Shown here one piece after another: positions 8,312 to 20,400 of a stretch of DNA of 64,000 nt (position 1 is its first letter; each line of letters opens with the position of its first letter). The DNA is from Escherichia coli 042 (GTDB lineage: Bacteria; Pseudomonadota; Gammaproteobacteria; Enterobacterales; Enterobacteriaceae). The notes below the pieces were generated by a model. That model was not told where the DNA came from. It saw only the letters and a list, made by a program, of their open reading frames with translations, and made no database searches. The stretch lies in NCBI RefSeq assembly GCF_000027125.1, contig NC_017626.1; one strand, 5' to 3'. Made by a program: the position numbers and the translations under genes.

Positions 8312-9769
8312 TTACTTCGCCGGAATTTCTTTCAGCAGTTCAGTCAGTAGTGTCCAGTAATGACCTACGCTTTCGATGTGAACTTGCTCATCCGGAGAGT
8401 GTGGACCGGTGATGGTTGGCCCGATAGAAACCATGTCCATTTCCGGATACGGTTTTTTAAACAGACCACATTCCAGGCCCGCGTGGATAATCTGGATGTT
8501 CGGCGTCTTGTTGAACAGACGCTGATAGGTTTCACGTACCAGATGCATCACCGGAGAATTAGCGTCTGGCTGCCAGCCAGGATATGCGCCTTTCGCTTCG
8601 GTTTTCGCGCCTGCCAGTTTACCCAGCGAATCCAGCATGCTCACCACGTAGTCTTTACCGCTGTCGATCAGAGAACGGATCAGGCAGTGAATTTCTACGT
8701 TATTGTCAGTCATGGTCACCACACCGACGTTCAGGGAGGTTTCGACCACACCTTTTGCCACGTCGGAGTTGCGGATCACACCGTTCGGGGTAGCGTTCAG
8801 CAGACGAATAAAGGTATCGCGAGATTTCGCAATCAGGGCAGCTTTATCGTTCGCAACAGAGTCCAGCAGCAATGCCAGATTTTTCTCTTTCTCTGCCAGC
8901 TCGTTTTTCAGGATCTCCTGATAGGTATTCACCAGAGATTTCAGTGCGTCGACTTTATCAGCTGCGACAGCAATCGTCGCAAAGGCTTCACGCGGGATGG
9001 CGTTACGCAGTGTGCCACCGTTGAAATCGATAAGGCGCAGGTCCAGCTCTTCCGCATGACCCGCCAGGAAGCGCACCAGCAGTTTGTTGGCATTACCCAG
9101 GCCAACGTGGATTTCACCGCCGGAGTGACCGCCTTTTAGACCTTTTAAGGTTAACTTGAAGGTTTCAAAACCAGCTGGAACCGCTTCACGATCTAAATGC
9201 AGGTTGGAGGTGAAGTCGATACCCCCCGCGCAACCCATGTAGATTTCACCTTCTTCTTCGGAGTCGGTGTTAATCAGAATATCAGCCTGCAACCAGTTGC
9301 TCTGTAAGCCGAACGCACCGTCCATACCGGCTTCTTCGGTCATGGTCAGCAGCACTTCCAGCGGGCCGTGAACCACGTTTTCGTCAGCCAGAACCGCCAG
9401 TGCAGAGGCCATACCAATACCGTTATCCGCACCCAGCGTGGTGCCGCGCGCTTTAACCCATTCGCCATCAATATAAGGCTGGATAGGATCTTTAGTGAAG
9501 TCATGCACGGTGTCGTTATTTTTCTGCGGCACCATATCGAGGTGGGCCTGCAAGACGACTGGTTTACGATTTTCCATACCTGCGGTAGCAGGTTTACGAA
9601 TCAGGATATTACCTACCTGATCGCGTTCGACATGGAAACCTTTCTCTTTTGCCCAACCAACAATGTATTCAGCGAGTTGCTCTTCATGATAGGACGGGTG
9701 AGGAATAGAACAGATTTTGGCAAAAATATCCCACAGCGGCTGTGGAGATAATTGAGACAGTTCAGACAC
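8312..9769 (-). CDS. pepD: Cytosol nonspecific dipeptidase (aminoacyl-histidine dipeptidase)
   Basis: 485 aa; M20-family metallopeptidase sequence, N-terminus MSELSQLSPQPLWDIFAKICSIPHPSYHEE. Confidence 0.95.
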   Translation of the reverse strand: MSELSQLSPQPLWDIFAKICSIPHPSYHEEQLAEYIVGWAKEKGFHVERDQVGNILIRKPATAGMENRKPVVLQAHLDMVPQKNNDTVHDFTKDPIQPYIDGEWVKARGTTLGADNGIGMASALAVLADENVVHGPLEVLLTMTEEAGMDGAFGLQSNWLQADILINTDSEEEGEIYMGCAGGIDFTSNLHLDREAVPAGFETFKLTLKGLKGGHSGGEIHVGLGNANKLLVRFLAGHAEELDLRLIDFNGGTLRNAIPREAFATIAVAADKVDALKSLVNTYQEILKNELAEKEKNLALLLDSVANDKAALIAKSRDTFIRLLNATPNGVIRNSDVAKGVVETSLNVGVVTMTDNNVEIHCLIRSLIDSGKDYVVSMLDSLGKLAGAKTEAKGAYPGWQPDANSPVMHLVRETYQRLFNKTPNIQIIHAGLECGLFKKPYPEMDMVSIGPTITGPHSPDEQVHIESVGHYWTLLTELLKEIPAK

Positions 9770-10029
9770 GTTAAGTCTCCTTGTCGATCACCCGCAAAAC
9801 AGTATTGCAGGTCACAGGGTTAGCAGAAAATGTTGTCAACACAAGACAGGCTTGCGAGATATGTTTGAGAATACCACTTTATCCCGCGTCAGGGAGAGGC
9901 AGTGCGTAAAAAGACGCGGACTCATGTGAAATACTGGTTTTTAGTGCGCCAGATCTCTATAATCTCGCGCAACCTATTTTCCCCTCGAACACATTTTAAG
10001 CCGTAGATAAACAGGCTGGGACACTTCAC

Positions 10030-10488
10030 ATGAGCGAAAAATACATCGTCACCTGGGACATGTTGCAGATCCATGCACGTAAACTCGCAAGCCGACTGAT
10101 GCCTTCTGAACAATGGAAAGGCATTATTGCCGTAAGCCGTGGCGGTCTGGTACCGGGTGCGTTACTGGCGCGTGAACTGGGTATTCGTCATGTCGATACC
10201 GTTTGTATTTCCAGCTACGATCACGACAACCAGCGCGAGCTTAAAGTGCTGAAACGTGCAGAAGGCGATGGCGAAGGCTTCATCGTTATTGATGACCTGG
10301 TGGATACCGGTGGTACTGCGGTTGCGATTCGTGAAATGTATCCAAAAGCGCACTTTGTCACCATCTTCGCAAAACCGGCCGGTCGCCCGCTGGTTGATGA
10401 TTATGTTGTTGATATCCCGCAAGATACCTGGATCGAACAGCCGTGGGATATGGGCGTCGTATTCGTCCCGCCAATCTCCGGTCGCTAA
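10030..10488 (+). CDS. gpt: Xanthine-guanine phosphoribosyltransferase
   Basis: 152 aa; PRPP-binding motif [12 protein letters not shown]. Confidence 0.95.
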
Positions 10489-10579
10489 TCTTTTCAACGC
10501 CTGGCACTGCCGGGCGTTGTTCTTTTTAACTTCAGGCAGGTTACAATAGTTTCCAGTAAGTATTCTGGAGGCTGCATCC

Positions 10580-11824
10580 ATGACACAGGCAAACCTGAGC
10601 GAAACCCTGTTCAAACCCCGCTTTAAACATCCTGAAACCTCGACGCTAGTCCGCCGCTTTAATCACGGCGCACAACCGCCTGTGCAGTCGGCCCTTGATG
10701 GTAAAACCATCCCTCACTGGTATCGCATGATTAACCGTCTGATGTGGATCTGGCGCGGCATTGACCCACGTGAAATCCTCGACGTCCAGGCACGTATTGT
10801 GATGAGCGATGCCGAACGTACCGACGATGATTTATACGATACGGTGATTGGCTACCGTGGTGGCAACTGGATTTATGAGTGGGCCACCCAGGCGATGGTG
10901 TGGCAACAAAAAGCCTGTGCAGAAGAAGATCCGCAACTCAGTGGTCGTCACTGGCTGCATGCGGCTACGTTGTACAACATTGCCGCCTATCCTCATCTGA
11001 AAGGAGATGACCTGGCCGAGCAAGCGCAGGCTTTGTCAAACCGCGCCTATGAAGAGGCCGCTCAGCGTCTGCCGGGCACCATGCGGCAGATGGAGTTTAC
11101 CGTACCCGGCGGTGCGCCCATCACCGGCTTTTTGCATATGCCGAAAGGCGATGGCCCGTTCCCGACAGTATTAATGTGTGGTGGTCTGGATGCGATGCAG
11201 ACGGACTATTACAGCCTGTATGAACGTTATTTTGCGCCGCGCGGCATTGCGATGCTGACTATTGATATGCCGTCGGTGGGCTTTTCTTCAAAATGGAAGC
11301 TCACCCAGGACTCCAGCCTGTTGCATCAGCACGTCTTAAAGGCGCTGCCTAACGTACCGTGGGTAGATCACACTCGCGTCGCGGCCTTTGGTTTCCGTTT
11401 CGGCGCTAACGTTGCCGTGCGTCTGGCATACCTTGAATCGCCGCGTCTGAAAGCGGTTGCCTGTCTTGGTCCGGTAGTTCATACCCTGTTGAGTGATTTT
11501 AAGTGCCAGCAACAGGTGCCGGAAATGTATCTTGACGTTCTGGCGAGCCGTTTGGGGATGCATGATGCTTCCGACGAAGCGTTGCGCGTGGAGCTGAATC
11601 GCTATTCATTAAAAGTGCAAGGATTGCTGGGACGTCGCTGCCCAACGCCAATGTTATCAGGCTACTGGAAGAACGATCCGTTCAGCCCGGAAGAGGACTC
11701 ACGCTTAATCACCTCATCATCTGCTGACGGTAAATTGTTAGAGATCCCATTTAACCCGGTGTATCGGAATTTTGACAAAGGTCTTCAGGAAATCACCGAC
11801 TGGATCGAAAAACGATTGTGTTAA
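10580..11824 (+). CDS. frsA: Esterase FrsA (fermentation/respiration switch protein)
   Basis: 414 aa alpha/beta hydrolase; conserved position between gpt and crl. Confidence 0.9.
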
Positions 11825-12283
<459 letters not shown>

Positions 12284-12321
12284 GTGAAATGTGCCGGATG
12301 CATCACATCCGGCAATATCCA

Positions 12322-13377
12322 TTAAAACTGATAGGTCATGCCAACCGCGACAATATCATCATTATTGATGTTCAGCTTATTATCGCTATCTAGTTGGTTT
12401 ATTTTATAATCAACAAATGCCGACATATTTTTGTTGAAATAATACGTAGCACCAACATCGATATAATTGACCAGATCTTCATCACCGATGCCTTCAATAT
12501 CTTTCCCTTTCGATAAGACATAACCCAGCGACGGACGCAGACCAAAGTCAAACTGGTATTGGGCGACCGCTTCAAAGTTCTGTGTCTTATTGGCAAAGCC
12601 GCCAGTTATTGGCGTCATTTTGCGTGTTTCAGAATAGAAAGTTGCCAGATAAATATTATTGGCATCGTATTTCAGACCTGTTGCCCATGCTTCTGCACGC
12701 TTGCCTGTGCCACGGCTTTGCAGATTCTGCTCGTTGGTGCGATCTGAGTTGGTATAGGCCCCACTAATGGCGAAATCGCTGCCGCCAAAGTCATATGTCA
12801 ATGACGTGCCGAAGCCATCGCCGTTTTGCTTTTTAACGTCGCGGTTTTCGTTTTTCCCTTGATATTGCAGGGTTAAGTTCAGACCATCGATAACGCCGAA
12901 GAAGTCAGTGTTACGGTAAGTGGCCAGACCGCTGGCGCGTTTGGTCATAAAGTTGTCGGTCTGCGCCGAGGAGTCGCCACCAAATTCCGGGAACATATCG
13001 GTCCAGGCTTCCACGTCATACAGCGCGCCCAGGTTACGACCATAATCGAAAGAACCCAAATCTTTATATTTCAACCCGGCAAAAGCGAGACGTGTTTTTT
13101 GCTGTGCAGTATCACTCTCTGCTTTATTACCGGCAAACTCTGCTTCCCAGCGACCATAACCGGTCAATTGATCGTTAATTTGTGTTTCGCCTTTAAAACC
13201 AAAACGGATATAACTCTGGTCGCCATCTTTACTGTCATTATCACTCATATAATGCATGGCTTTAACTTTGCCATAGACATCCAGTTTATTACCGTCTTTG
13301 TTATATATTTCTGCGGCCTGTACGGATGCAGATGCCACAATGCCCATCACCACTAATGCCAGAGTGCTCTTTTTCAT
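12322..13377 (-). CDS. phoE: Outer membrane phosphoporin PhoE
   Basis: Porin sequence with signal peptide [21 protein letters not shown]; start set at the second Met of the ORF; C-terminal F typical of OM porins. Confidence 0.9.
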   Translation of the reverse strand: MKKSTLALVVMGIVASASVQAAEIYNKDGNKLDVYGKVKAMHYMSDNDSKDGDQSYIRFGFKGETQINDQLTGYGRWEAEFAGNKAESDTAQQKTRLAFAGLKYKDLGSFDYGRNLGALYDVEAWTDMFPEFGGDSSAQTDNFMTKRASGLATYRNTDFFGVIDGLNLTLQYQGKNENRDVKKQNGDGFGTSLTYDFGGSDFAISGAYTNSDRTNEQNLQSRGTGKRAEAWATGLKYDANNIYLATFYSETRKMTPITGGFANKTQNFEAVAQYQFDFGLRPSLGYVLSKGKDIEGIGDEDLVNYIDVGATYYFNKNMSAFVDYKINQLDSDNKLNINNDDIVAVGMTYQF

Positions 13378-13450
13378 TTTCATTCCTGATTTTAATTAAC
13401 GCGCGAATATTCAGCGGGAGAGTCCCGTTGAAAACAGGAAAGTTTTTAAC

Positions 13451-13476
13451 CTGAGATTGTTAAAGATATATTACAG
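13451..13476 (-). promoter_or_regulatory. Pho box (PhoB binding site) in the phoE promoter
   Basis: Minus-strand sequence CTGTAATATATCTTTAACAATCTCAG contains the CTGTMAT-type direct repeats, about 75 nt upstream of the phoE start; a second CTGTAATAAAAG lies further upstream. Confidence 0.5.
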
Positions 13477-13664
13477 ATTAATAATATTCTTAAAATGTGG
13501 TAATTTATTAAATCTGTAATAAAAGCGTAAACAACTGCCGCTACGCTTGCTGATCCCGCGCAACAAAACGCCATGCTTTGCTCGCAGAAGGTTGGCAACC
13601 GACGACAGTCCTGCTAAAACGTTCGTTTGATATCATTTTTCCTAAAATTGAATGGCAGAGAATC

Positions 13665-14768
13665 ATGAGTGACAGCCAGACGCTGGTGGTAAAACTCGGC
13701 ACCAGTGTGCTAACAGGCGGATCGCGCCGCCTGAACCGTGCCCATATTGTTGAACTCGTTCGCCAGTGCGCGCAGTTACATGCCGCCGGGCATCGGATTG
13801 TTATTGTGACGTCGGGCGCGATTGCCGCCGGACGTGAGCACCTGGGTTACCCAGAACTACCAGCGACTATCGCCTCGAAACAATTGCTGGCGGCGGTAGG
13901 GCAGAGTCGACTGATTCAACTGTGGGAACAGCTGTTTTCGATTTATGGCATTCACGTCGGGCAAATGCTGCTGACCCGTGCTGATATGGAAGACCGTGAA
14001 CGCTTCCTGAACGCCCGCGACACCCTGCGTGCGTTGCTCGATAACAATATCGTTCCGGTAATCAATGAGAACGATGCTGTCGCTACTGCAGAGATTAAGG
14101 TCGGCGATAACGATAACCTTTCTGCGCTGGCGGCGATTCTGGCGGGTGCCGATAAACTGTTGCTGCTGACCGATCAAAAAGGTTTGTACACCGCTGACCC
14201 GCGCAGCAATCCGCAGGCAGAACTGATTAAAGATGTTTACGGCATTGATGACGCACTGCGCGCGATTGCCGGTGACAGTGTTTCAGGCCTCGGAACTGGC
14301 GGCATGAGTACCAAATTGCAGGCCGCGGACGTGGCTTGCCGTGCGGGTATCGACACCATTATTGCCGCGGGCAGCAAGCCGGGCGTTATTGGTGATGTGA
14401 TGGAAGGCATTTCCGTGGGTACGCTGTTCCATGCCCAGGCGACTCCGCTTGAAAACCGTAAACGCTGGATTTTCGGTGCGCCGCCGGCGGGTGAAATCAC
14501 GGTAGATGAAGGGGCAACCGCCGCCATTCTTGAACGCGGCAGCTCCCTGTTGCCGAAAGGTATTAAAAGCGTGACTGGCAATTTCTCGCGTGGTGAAGTC
14601 ATCCGCATTTGCAACCTCGAAGGTCGCGATATCGCCCACGGCGTCAGTCGTTACAACAGCGATGCATTACGCCGTATTGCCGGACACCACTCGCAAGAAA
14701 TTGATGCAATACTGGGATATGAATATGGCCCGGTTGCCGTTCACCGTGATGACATGATTACCCGTTAA
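13665..14768 (+). CDS. proB: Glutamate 5-kinase
   Basis: Start set at [16 protein letters not shown] (ATG 13665), giving 367 aa; the longer upstream ORF extension is not supported. Confidence 0.95.
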
Positions 14769-14779
14769 GGAGCTGGCCG

Positions 14780-16033
14780 ATGCTGGAACAAATGGGCATT
14801 GCCGCAAAGCAAGCCTCGTATAAATTAGCGCAACTCTCCAGCCGCGAAAAAAATCGTGTGCTGGAAAAAATCGCCGATGAACTGGAAGCACAAAGCGAAA
14901 TCATCCTCAACGCTAACGCCCAGGATGTTGCTGACGCGCGTGCCAATGGCCTTAGCGAAGCGATGCTTGACCGTCTGGCACTGACGCCCGCACGGCTGAA
15001 AGGCATTGCTGACGATGTGCGCCAGGTGTGTAACCTTGCCGATCCGGTGGGGCAGGTAATCGATGGCGGCGTACTGGACAGCGGCCTGCGTCTTGAGCGT
15101 CGTCGCGTACCGCTGGGCGTGATTGGCGTGATTTATGAAGCGCGGCCGAACGTGACGGTTGATGTCGCTTCGCTGTGCCTGAAAACGGGTAACGCGGTGG
15201 TCCTGCGTGGCGGTAAAGAAACCTGCCGCACTAACGCTGCAACGGTGGCGGTGATTCAGGACGCCCTGAAATCCTGCGGCTTACCGGCGGGTGCCGTGCA
15301 GGCGATTGATAATCCTGACCGTGCGCTGGTCAGTGAAATGCTGCGTATGGATAAATACATCGACATGCTGATCCCGCGTGGTGGCGCTGGCCTGCATAAA
15401 CTGTGCCGCGAACAGTCGACGATCCCGGTGATCACAGGTGGTATAGGCGTATGCCATATTTATGTTGATGAAAGTGCAGAGATCGCTGAAGCCCTGAAAG
15501 TAATCGTCAACGCGAAAACCCAGCGTCCGAGCACATGTAATACGGTTGAAACGTTGCTGGTGAATAAAAACATCGCCGATAGCTTCCTGCCCGCATTAAG
15601 CAAACAAATGGCGGAAAGCGGCGTGACATTACACGCAGATGCAGCTGCGCTGGCGCAGTTGCAGACAGGCCCCGCGAAGGTGGTGGCTGTGAAAGCGGAA
15701 GAGTATGACGATGAGTTTCTGTCATTAGATTTGAACGTCAAAATCGTCAGCGATCTTGACGATGCCATCACCCATATTCGTGAACACGGCACACAACACT
15801 CCGATGCGATCCTGACCCGCGATATGCGCAACGCCCAGCGTTTTGTTAACGAAGTGGATTCGTCCGCTGTTTACGTTAACGCCTCTACGCGTTTTACCGA
15901 CGGCGGCCAGTTTGGTCTGGGTGCGGAAGTGGCGGTAAGCACACAAAAACTCCACGCGCGTGGCCCAATGGGGCTGGAAGCACTGACCACTTACAAGTGG
16001 ATCGGCATTGGTGATTACACCATTCGTGCGTAA
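14780..16033 (+). CDS. proA: Gamma-glutamyl phosphate reductase
   Basis: 417 aa; aldehyde dehydrogenase-family sequence directly after proB. Confidence 0.95.
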   Translation: MLEQMGIAAKQASYKLAQLSSREKNRVLEKIADELEAQSEIILNANAQDVADARANGLSEAMLDRLALTPARLKGIADDVRQVCNLADPVGQVIDGGVLDSGLRLERRRVPLGVIGVIYEARPNVTVDVASLCLKTGNAVVLRGGKETCRTNAATVAVIQDALKSCGLPAGAVQAIDNPDRALVSEMLRMDKYIDMLIPRGGAGLHKLCREQSTIPVITGGIGVCHIYVDESAEIAEALKVIVNAKTQRPSTCNTVETLLVNKNIADSFLPALSKQMAESGVTLHADAAALAQLQTGPAKVVAVKAEEYDDEFLSLDLNVKIVSDLDDAITHIREHGTQHSDAILTRDMRNAQRFVNEVDSSAVYVNASTRFTDGGQFGLGAEVAVSTQKLHARGPMGLEALTTYKWIGIGDYTIRA

Positions 16034-16147
16034 ATAAAACCGGGTGATGCAAAAGTAGCCATTTGATTCACAAGGCCATTGACGCATCGCCCGGTTAGTT
16101 TTAACCTTGTCCACCGTGATTCACGTTCGTGAACATGTCCTTTCAGG

Positions 16148-16223
16148 GCCGATATAGCTCAGTTGGTAGAGCAGCGCATTCGTAATGCGAAGGTCGTAGG
16201 TTCGACTCCTATTATCGGCACCA
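16148..16223 (+). tRNA. thrW: tRNA-Thr (anticodon CGU)
   Basis: 76-nt cloverleaf GCCGATATAGCTCAGTTGGTAGAGCAGCGCATTCGTAATGCG...GGTTCGACTCCTATTATCGGCACCA; anticodon loop TTCGTAA; encoded CCA. Confidence 0.9.
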
Positions 16224-16224
16224 T

Positions 16225-16503
16225 TTAAATCAATAAGTTACACATAATTAGTACCTTCCTTTTTTTTGACTGGGACAAATTTGGGACCGATGGGTTCAGG
16301 ACTGAGTCTATTTGCCGTGCGTGTTCGGTAAGGTGATTAGGCGCGAGGTGAGCATATCGACGAACCATTTCGATAGACTCCCAGCCTCCCATTTCTGAAA
16401 ATGCAAGAAGAGAAACACTGGACTGAACCAGCCTGCTTGCCTTTGCTATCAAAGTACCTTGAAGGCCAGATGATTTCTGGCGATATTTACAGCGCTTCCG
16501 CAA
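16225..16503 (-). pseudogene. C-terminal remnant of a tyrosine recombinase (phage-type integrase), 3' end abutting thrW
   Basis: Translation [26 protein letters not shown] carries the integrase C-terminal box with the catalytic Tyr; at most about 90 codons are available before the next gene, so the catalytic core is missing. Confidence 0.55.
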
Positions 16504-16585
16504 TGAGTTTTTCTCTGTGCCGCCAGAGGCGTTCCCCGCTTTTTCAGCACCGCAATAATGTCGGCGGAATGCCAGTCCTGTTGCA

Positions 16586-17056
16586 TCATGCGGCCACCTC
16601 GCTGATAAATTTTACGCCGTCGGCGGTACGCAGCCAGCGTGGGGCTTTGAGTCCTTCCGTGAAATACCAGACCAGCTCACACAGCAGCCCGGTCAGGGTT
16701 TGCTCCATTTTTGGTTCCGCCGGACGTTCCAGCAGAAGCTGGAGTAGTGCGAGGCAGTATTCGCACAAGGAATCAGGTTCGGAAATAAAGTGCTCTGGTG
16801 TGGCGGGAAGGGTATCCACGGTCAGGCTTTCGGTAAGATGCGGTGGGATGGGGTCGTGTAGTGTGGGTTGCAGTAGCGCAAGAGCCGCGTGAAGCCGCCC
16901 GCAGAGCGCCAGTCGTAGCGCTGGATCGTCGGTTTCAATCAGGGTTTCGGCAAAGCGGGCGCAGTAGTCAGCAAGGACAGTGAAATCCGTGGTGGCATTG
17001 AAGGGGACGGTCAATAGATCGAGTAAATCGCTGTCAGTGGTGAGGATTGTAGCCAT
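16586..17056 (-). CDS. Hypothetical acidic, Leu/Ala/Pro-rich protein (156 aa) of unknown function
   Basis: Clean GC-rich ORF with plausible composition; the overlapping plus-strand ORF is Ser/Arg/Gly-rich and looks like a shadow frame. No motif recognised. Confidence 0.45.
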   Translation of the reverse strand: MATILTTDSDLLDLLTVPFNATTDFTVLADYCARFAETLIETDDPALRLALCGRLHAALALLQPTLHDPIPPHLTESLTVDTLPATPEHFISEPDSLCEYCLALLQLLLERPAEPKMEQTLTGLLCELVWYFTEGLKAPRWLRTADGVKFISEVAA

Positions 17057-17402
17057 AGGGCAACCTCCGATAAGTGGGTGTTCAAGCCACCACCGGAGAG
17101 GCTAATCTCGCGGGTGGTGGAACCGGGCAGGGTTAGCCTTACCAGCCTTATCGGACACTGGCGCGTCTTGCGACGCCCCCGCCCGGCCCACCATTGAGAT
17201 GTAACCGTGCGAACAACACAAAAAAAGACGCTGGCGCGTCATGTGTCGCCGATAAGATTTCTTCAGGAGGCTAATCCCGACGCCTGATTTTGCAGGCGCG
17301 GGAGAAAGATACTGCGATTGGTCATGAGTGGCAAGGGCTACATCATGTTTACCGACATCTCACGCAAAAATACCCTGATTATTAATAGCGAAAATCAGTT
17401 TC

Positions 17403-20400
17403 TTATTTTGGCGGTAGCTTTTTGCGGTTCTTTGCCAACTGGAATCCTTCAGGTAACGGTTTGAATTTATCGCCGCCTTTAGGCCAGCGTTTTGCCCTGC
17501 TCTGAAATGCCCTTAACGAGTCGATATCCAGCGTTGCAGCGACCACAAAGTCATTATCACCGCCCTTCACACGAGCAATATCACGCATAAAGGGTTCTTT
17601 TGCCGGGGAACGTACGCGACTATCGCCGTATTTTCGGTTATTCACTAAAATAGTATAGGCATGAATATCCAGCGCTGCTGATTCAATCAACGATGCAAAC
17701 GTATCTAGATCTTTATTCCAGCTCAATACCATTAATGCATCGAGTGCGCCCTGAAAACGGATCCTCGCTTTACTATTCTGGAGTTCAGAGCAAATCATAA
17801 CGCCAAAATTGACGCCGTGATGAATATATACCGGCTTACGTTGTTTAACATTAAGTGTCGAATCCCAAGACTTACCATAAGTTGAAAATAATGCCTCATC
17901 TTCACCTACGGCGGGTTCCAGCTTGGGTTGCCATATTTTGACACTCGCTGGATAGCCGAGTCTGTTATCTGAAAGGACAAGTACGGCCTCACTCTTCAGT
18001 TGATTATCGTCTAAGTGGCGGTATTCTGTTCCCGCAATTAGACTGATACCCGCCGAACTCAAACGATCAGCAATACTGTTAACCCAGCGTAACGGGATTG
18101 AAAGCTCAGGGAATAAAACATAATCAGGTTTAGGAGATAGTTTCAATGTTGCATTAACCAGTTCAGAAATCCGCTGGTACCTTGAACGGGACAAGTTAGA
18201 TTTATTGCAGGCCATTTTAGCCCAGTCGTCCTCCTCTGTTTTAATGCTGGTTAGCGCAACGACAACTTTATGTTTCCTGTCTGTGCCAATATGAATGAAT
18301 TTCTTAGGCCGAGCTTTTTTTGTCGCTTCATCTGAGTCCTGCTCCGATGCTAGCAACGTCGGTTTGATCCATACTCCGCGTAATGCTTGAGTATATTTTG
18401 CCCAAATGGTGGACGGTCTCTCATCTGGTTTTTTGTCGGATGTGGAGGGTAATCCAACACATTCGGGGGCCAGTTCTGATATTTCAGCGGGTGTTAAAGG
18501 ACGTGTAGGGAAAATGTAAGGTAGGTAACTTTCGTTCTTACGATTTCCTTTAGCCACTTTTTCCAGTCGGGTATTCTTGGTTGATTTCAAAAATAGCTTA
18601 ATAACGTCAATATCAATAAGCGATGAGTCGCTCATTAATTTCAGTATTTTAACTTCTTTTTTACTATCACGCTGATTAACAAGTTTTTCTGCCGACTGAC
18701 TCTTTACGATCTGTTTATAAGGTTCCTTTGCTAAATCAGCTCGAGCTACCAATGGCGCTTTTAAATAAAAATCTGCTGAATCAAAGCGAAGATCCAGTAA
18801 ATCCTTTAGATTCGTCAGACTTTGTGAAATATGATTAAAAAATGTATCCGCAAGGCACTCTTCTTTCTTTGAACGTTTATCAAGAAATAATCTGTCAGGA
18901 CTGTAATATCGTGTCGCTGCATCAACAAATAGCCAGCTTAATGTGCCTTTTATACAGCGCCAAAGATCATTTACTGCTCGAGTTTTGCAACCATTTATAT
19001 TCACTTCCTTACCTGAAGTAATCACCGATGCCAACAGGTTGATGGATTCGTAAGCTTTAAGTACAATTTTTTCCGCGTGCTGCCATTCATTCATACTGAT
19101 AGCAAAGCCAAGCAGCCTTGGCAGATAACTAAAATGTGCAAATAGATTATCAGCCCTAAGAATATGGTTGTAGGCAAACTGATAAAACTCTTCCCGCTGT
19201 TCTTTCCATTCACTTGGAGGCAGATCTCGTGCCAGTGTTTCAACGTAGCGTAATTGCAGTGACCAGCCCAAACGACGAATGGTTAATCCATCCGCACGGC
19301 GCAGAGTATCGGCATTTTCACCTACACTACCGGCAGCGGAAAGGACTTTAGCTGCGGTGGAGTGTTCCAGTTGATCCGGTGAAGGCATCAAGCGGTGTTC
19401 ACTAGAAAGCTCGTAGATCTCCTTTTCGATACTGTCGAGCAGGTCTATTCCAGCCCTCCCTTGAAGCACGAAAAGTTTTTGCTTATCGGATTGTAACTGG
19501 ATGGTGGTCTTACCCTGGAAATGCTCGCCCTGCTGTATTTGCCATATTTGTTTTTGCTCGTTTTTCAAATAAACGCAATCATTGCCAAGCCTATCTTGCA
19601 GCAATAACATAAATTCGTGATTATTAGTAATTGTCCCTGTATCGCGTATTACAAGGAACATATCATCGACATAACGACCGTAGTGAATTGGTGATAGTTT
19701 TTCAATGACTAATTTATCCCAATGGTGTAGCAATATATTTGAAATGATCCGACTGGCTGTTAATCCAATGACCAGACCACCATTAATAACAGGTGTTTTG
19801 TACGCTATTTTCTTTCCAAATGCCGCTGCGCCGTCAGACCAGTGCTTTAAGAATACTGCTAACTGTGCAGTAAACGCTTTTTCATCCTCAGTCAGTTTTA
19901 TGTTTAGTGTGTTATAGAGATCATCAGAGGTTATAGCCAGTGGATCAATAAAATGATAGTAACTTTTTAAATCCAGTGAGGCGGCGATAATGTCACGATC
20001 TTTTTCCAACTCGTCACGTATAGCTTTTAAGCCATCACCACGCCATTTTTGGTAGGGCTGGAAGTAGGGGCTAAAAGAACCCACGGCACTGATATGGAAT
20101 GGATTATCCTGCTCATTGCTAAATAATTCATCATTACGAATACGCTTTAGCCGCGCGCCATAGCAACAGTTATCTAAGCTGGCATCAAATTTATGCCCGA
20201 CCATGTTAATCCATAGTGCAGAGATAATGTGACTATCAACCGGGAAGTCACCAATAATACGAAACTCTGGTATCAGATCAAAATTATTAAATAAATGGTC
20301 GGCTGCTCGTTTAGGATTAGAAAAGTGGACGTGTCCATTTTGGGATTCATGTTTTTTCTTTGTGGTTAATTTTTTCGGTAACAAACGAAATTTGCCAATC

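Noticed and set aside
8360-9139. 259-aa plus-strand ORF (and smaller ones) inside pepD
   Set aside because: Entirely antisense to the well-supported pepD gene; His/Arg/Val-rich shadow-frame composition.
16401-16892. 163-aa plus-strand ORF overlapping the 156-aa hypothetical gene
   Set aside because: Ser/Arg/Gly-rich composition typical of a spurious frame in GC-rich DNA; the minus-strand frame looks more protein-like.
19705-19917. Small plus-strand ORFs inside the RT-nitrilase gene (also 20362-20550)
   Set aside because: Antisense to a long gene with clear catalytic motifs; no ribosome-binding site or motif.
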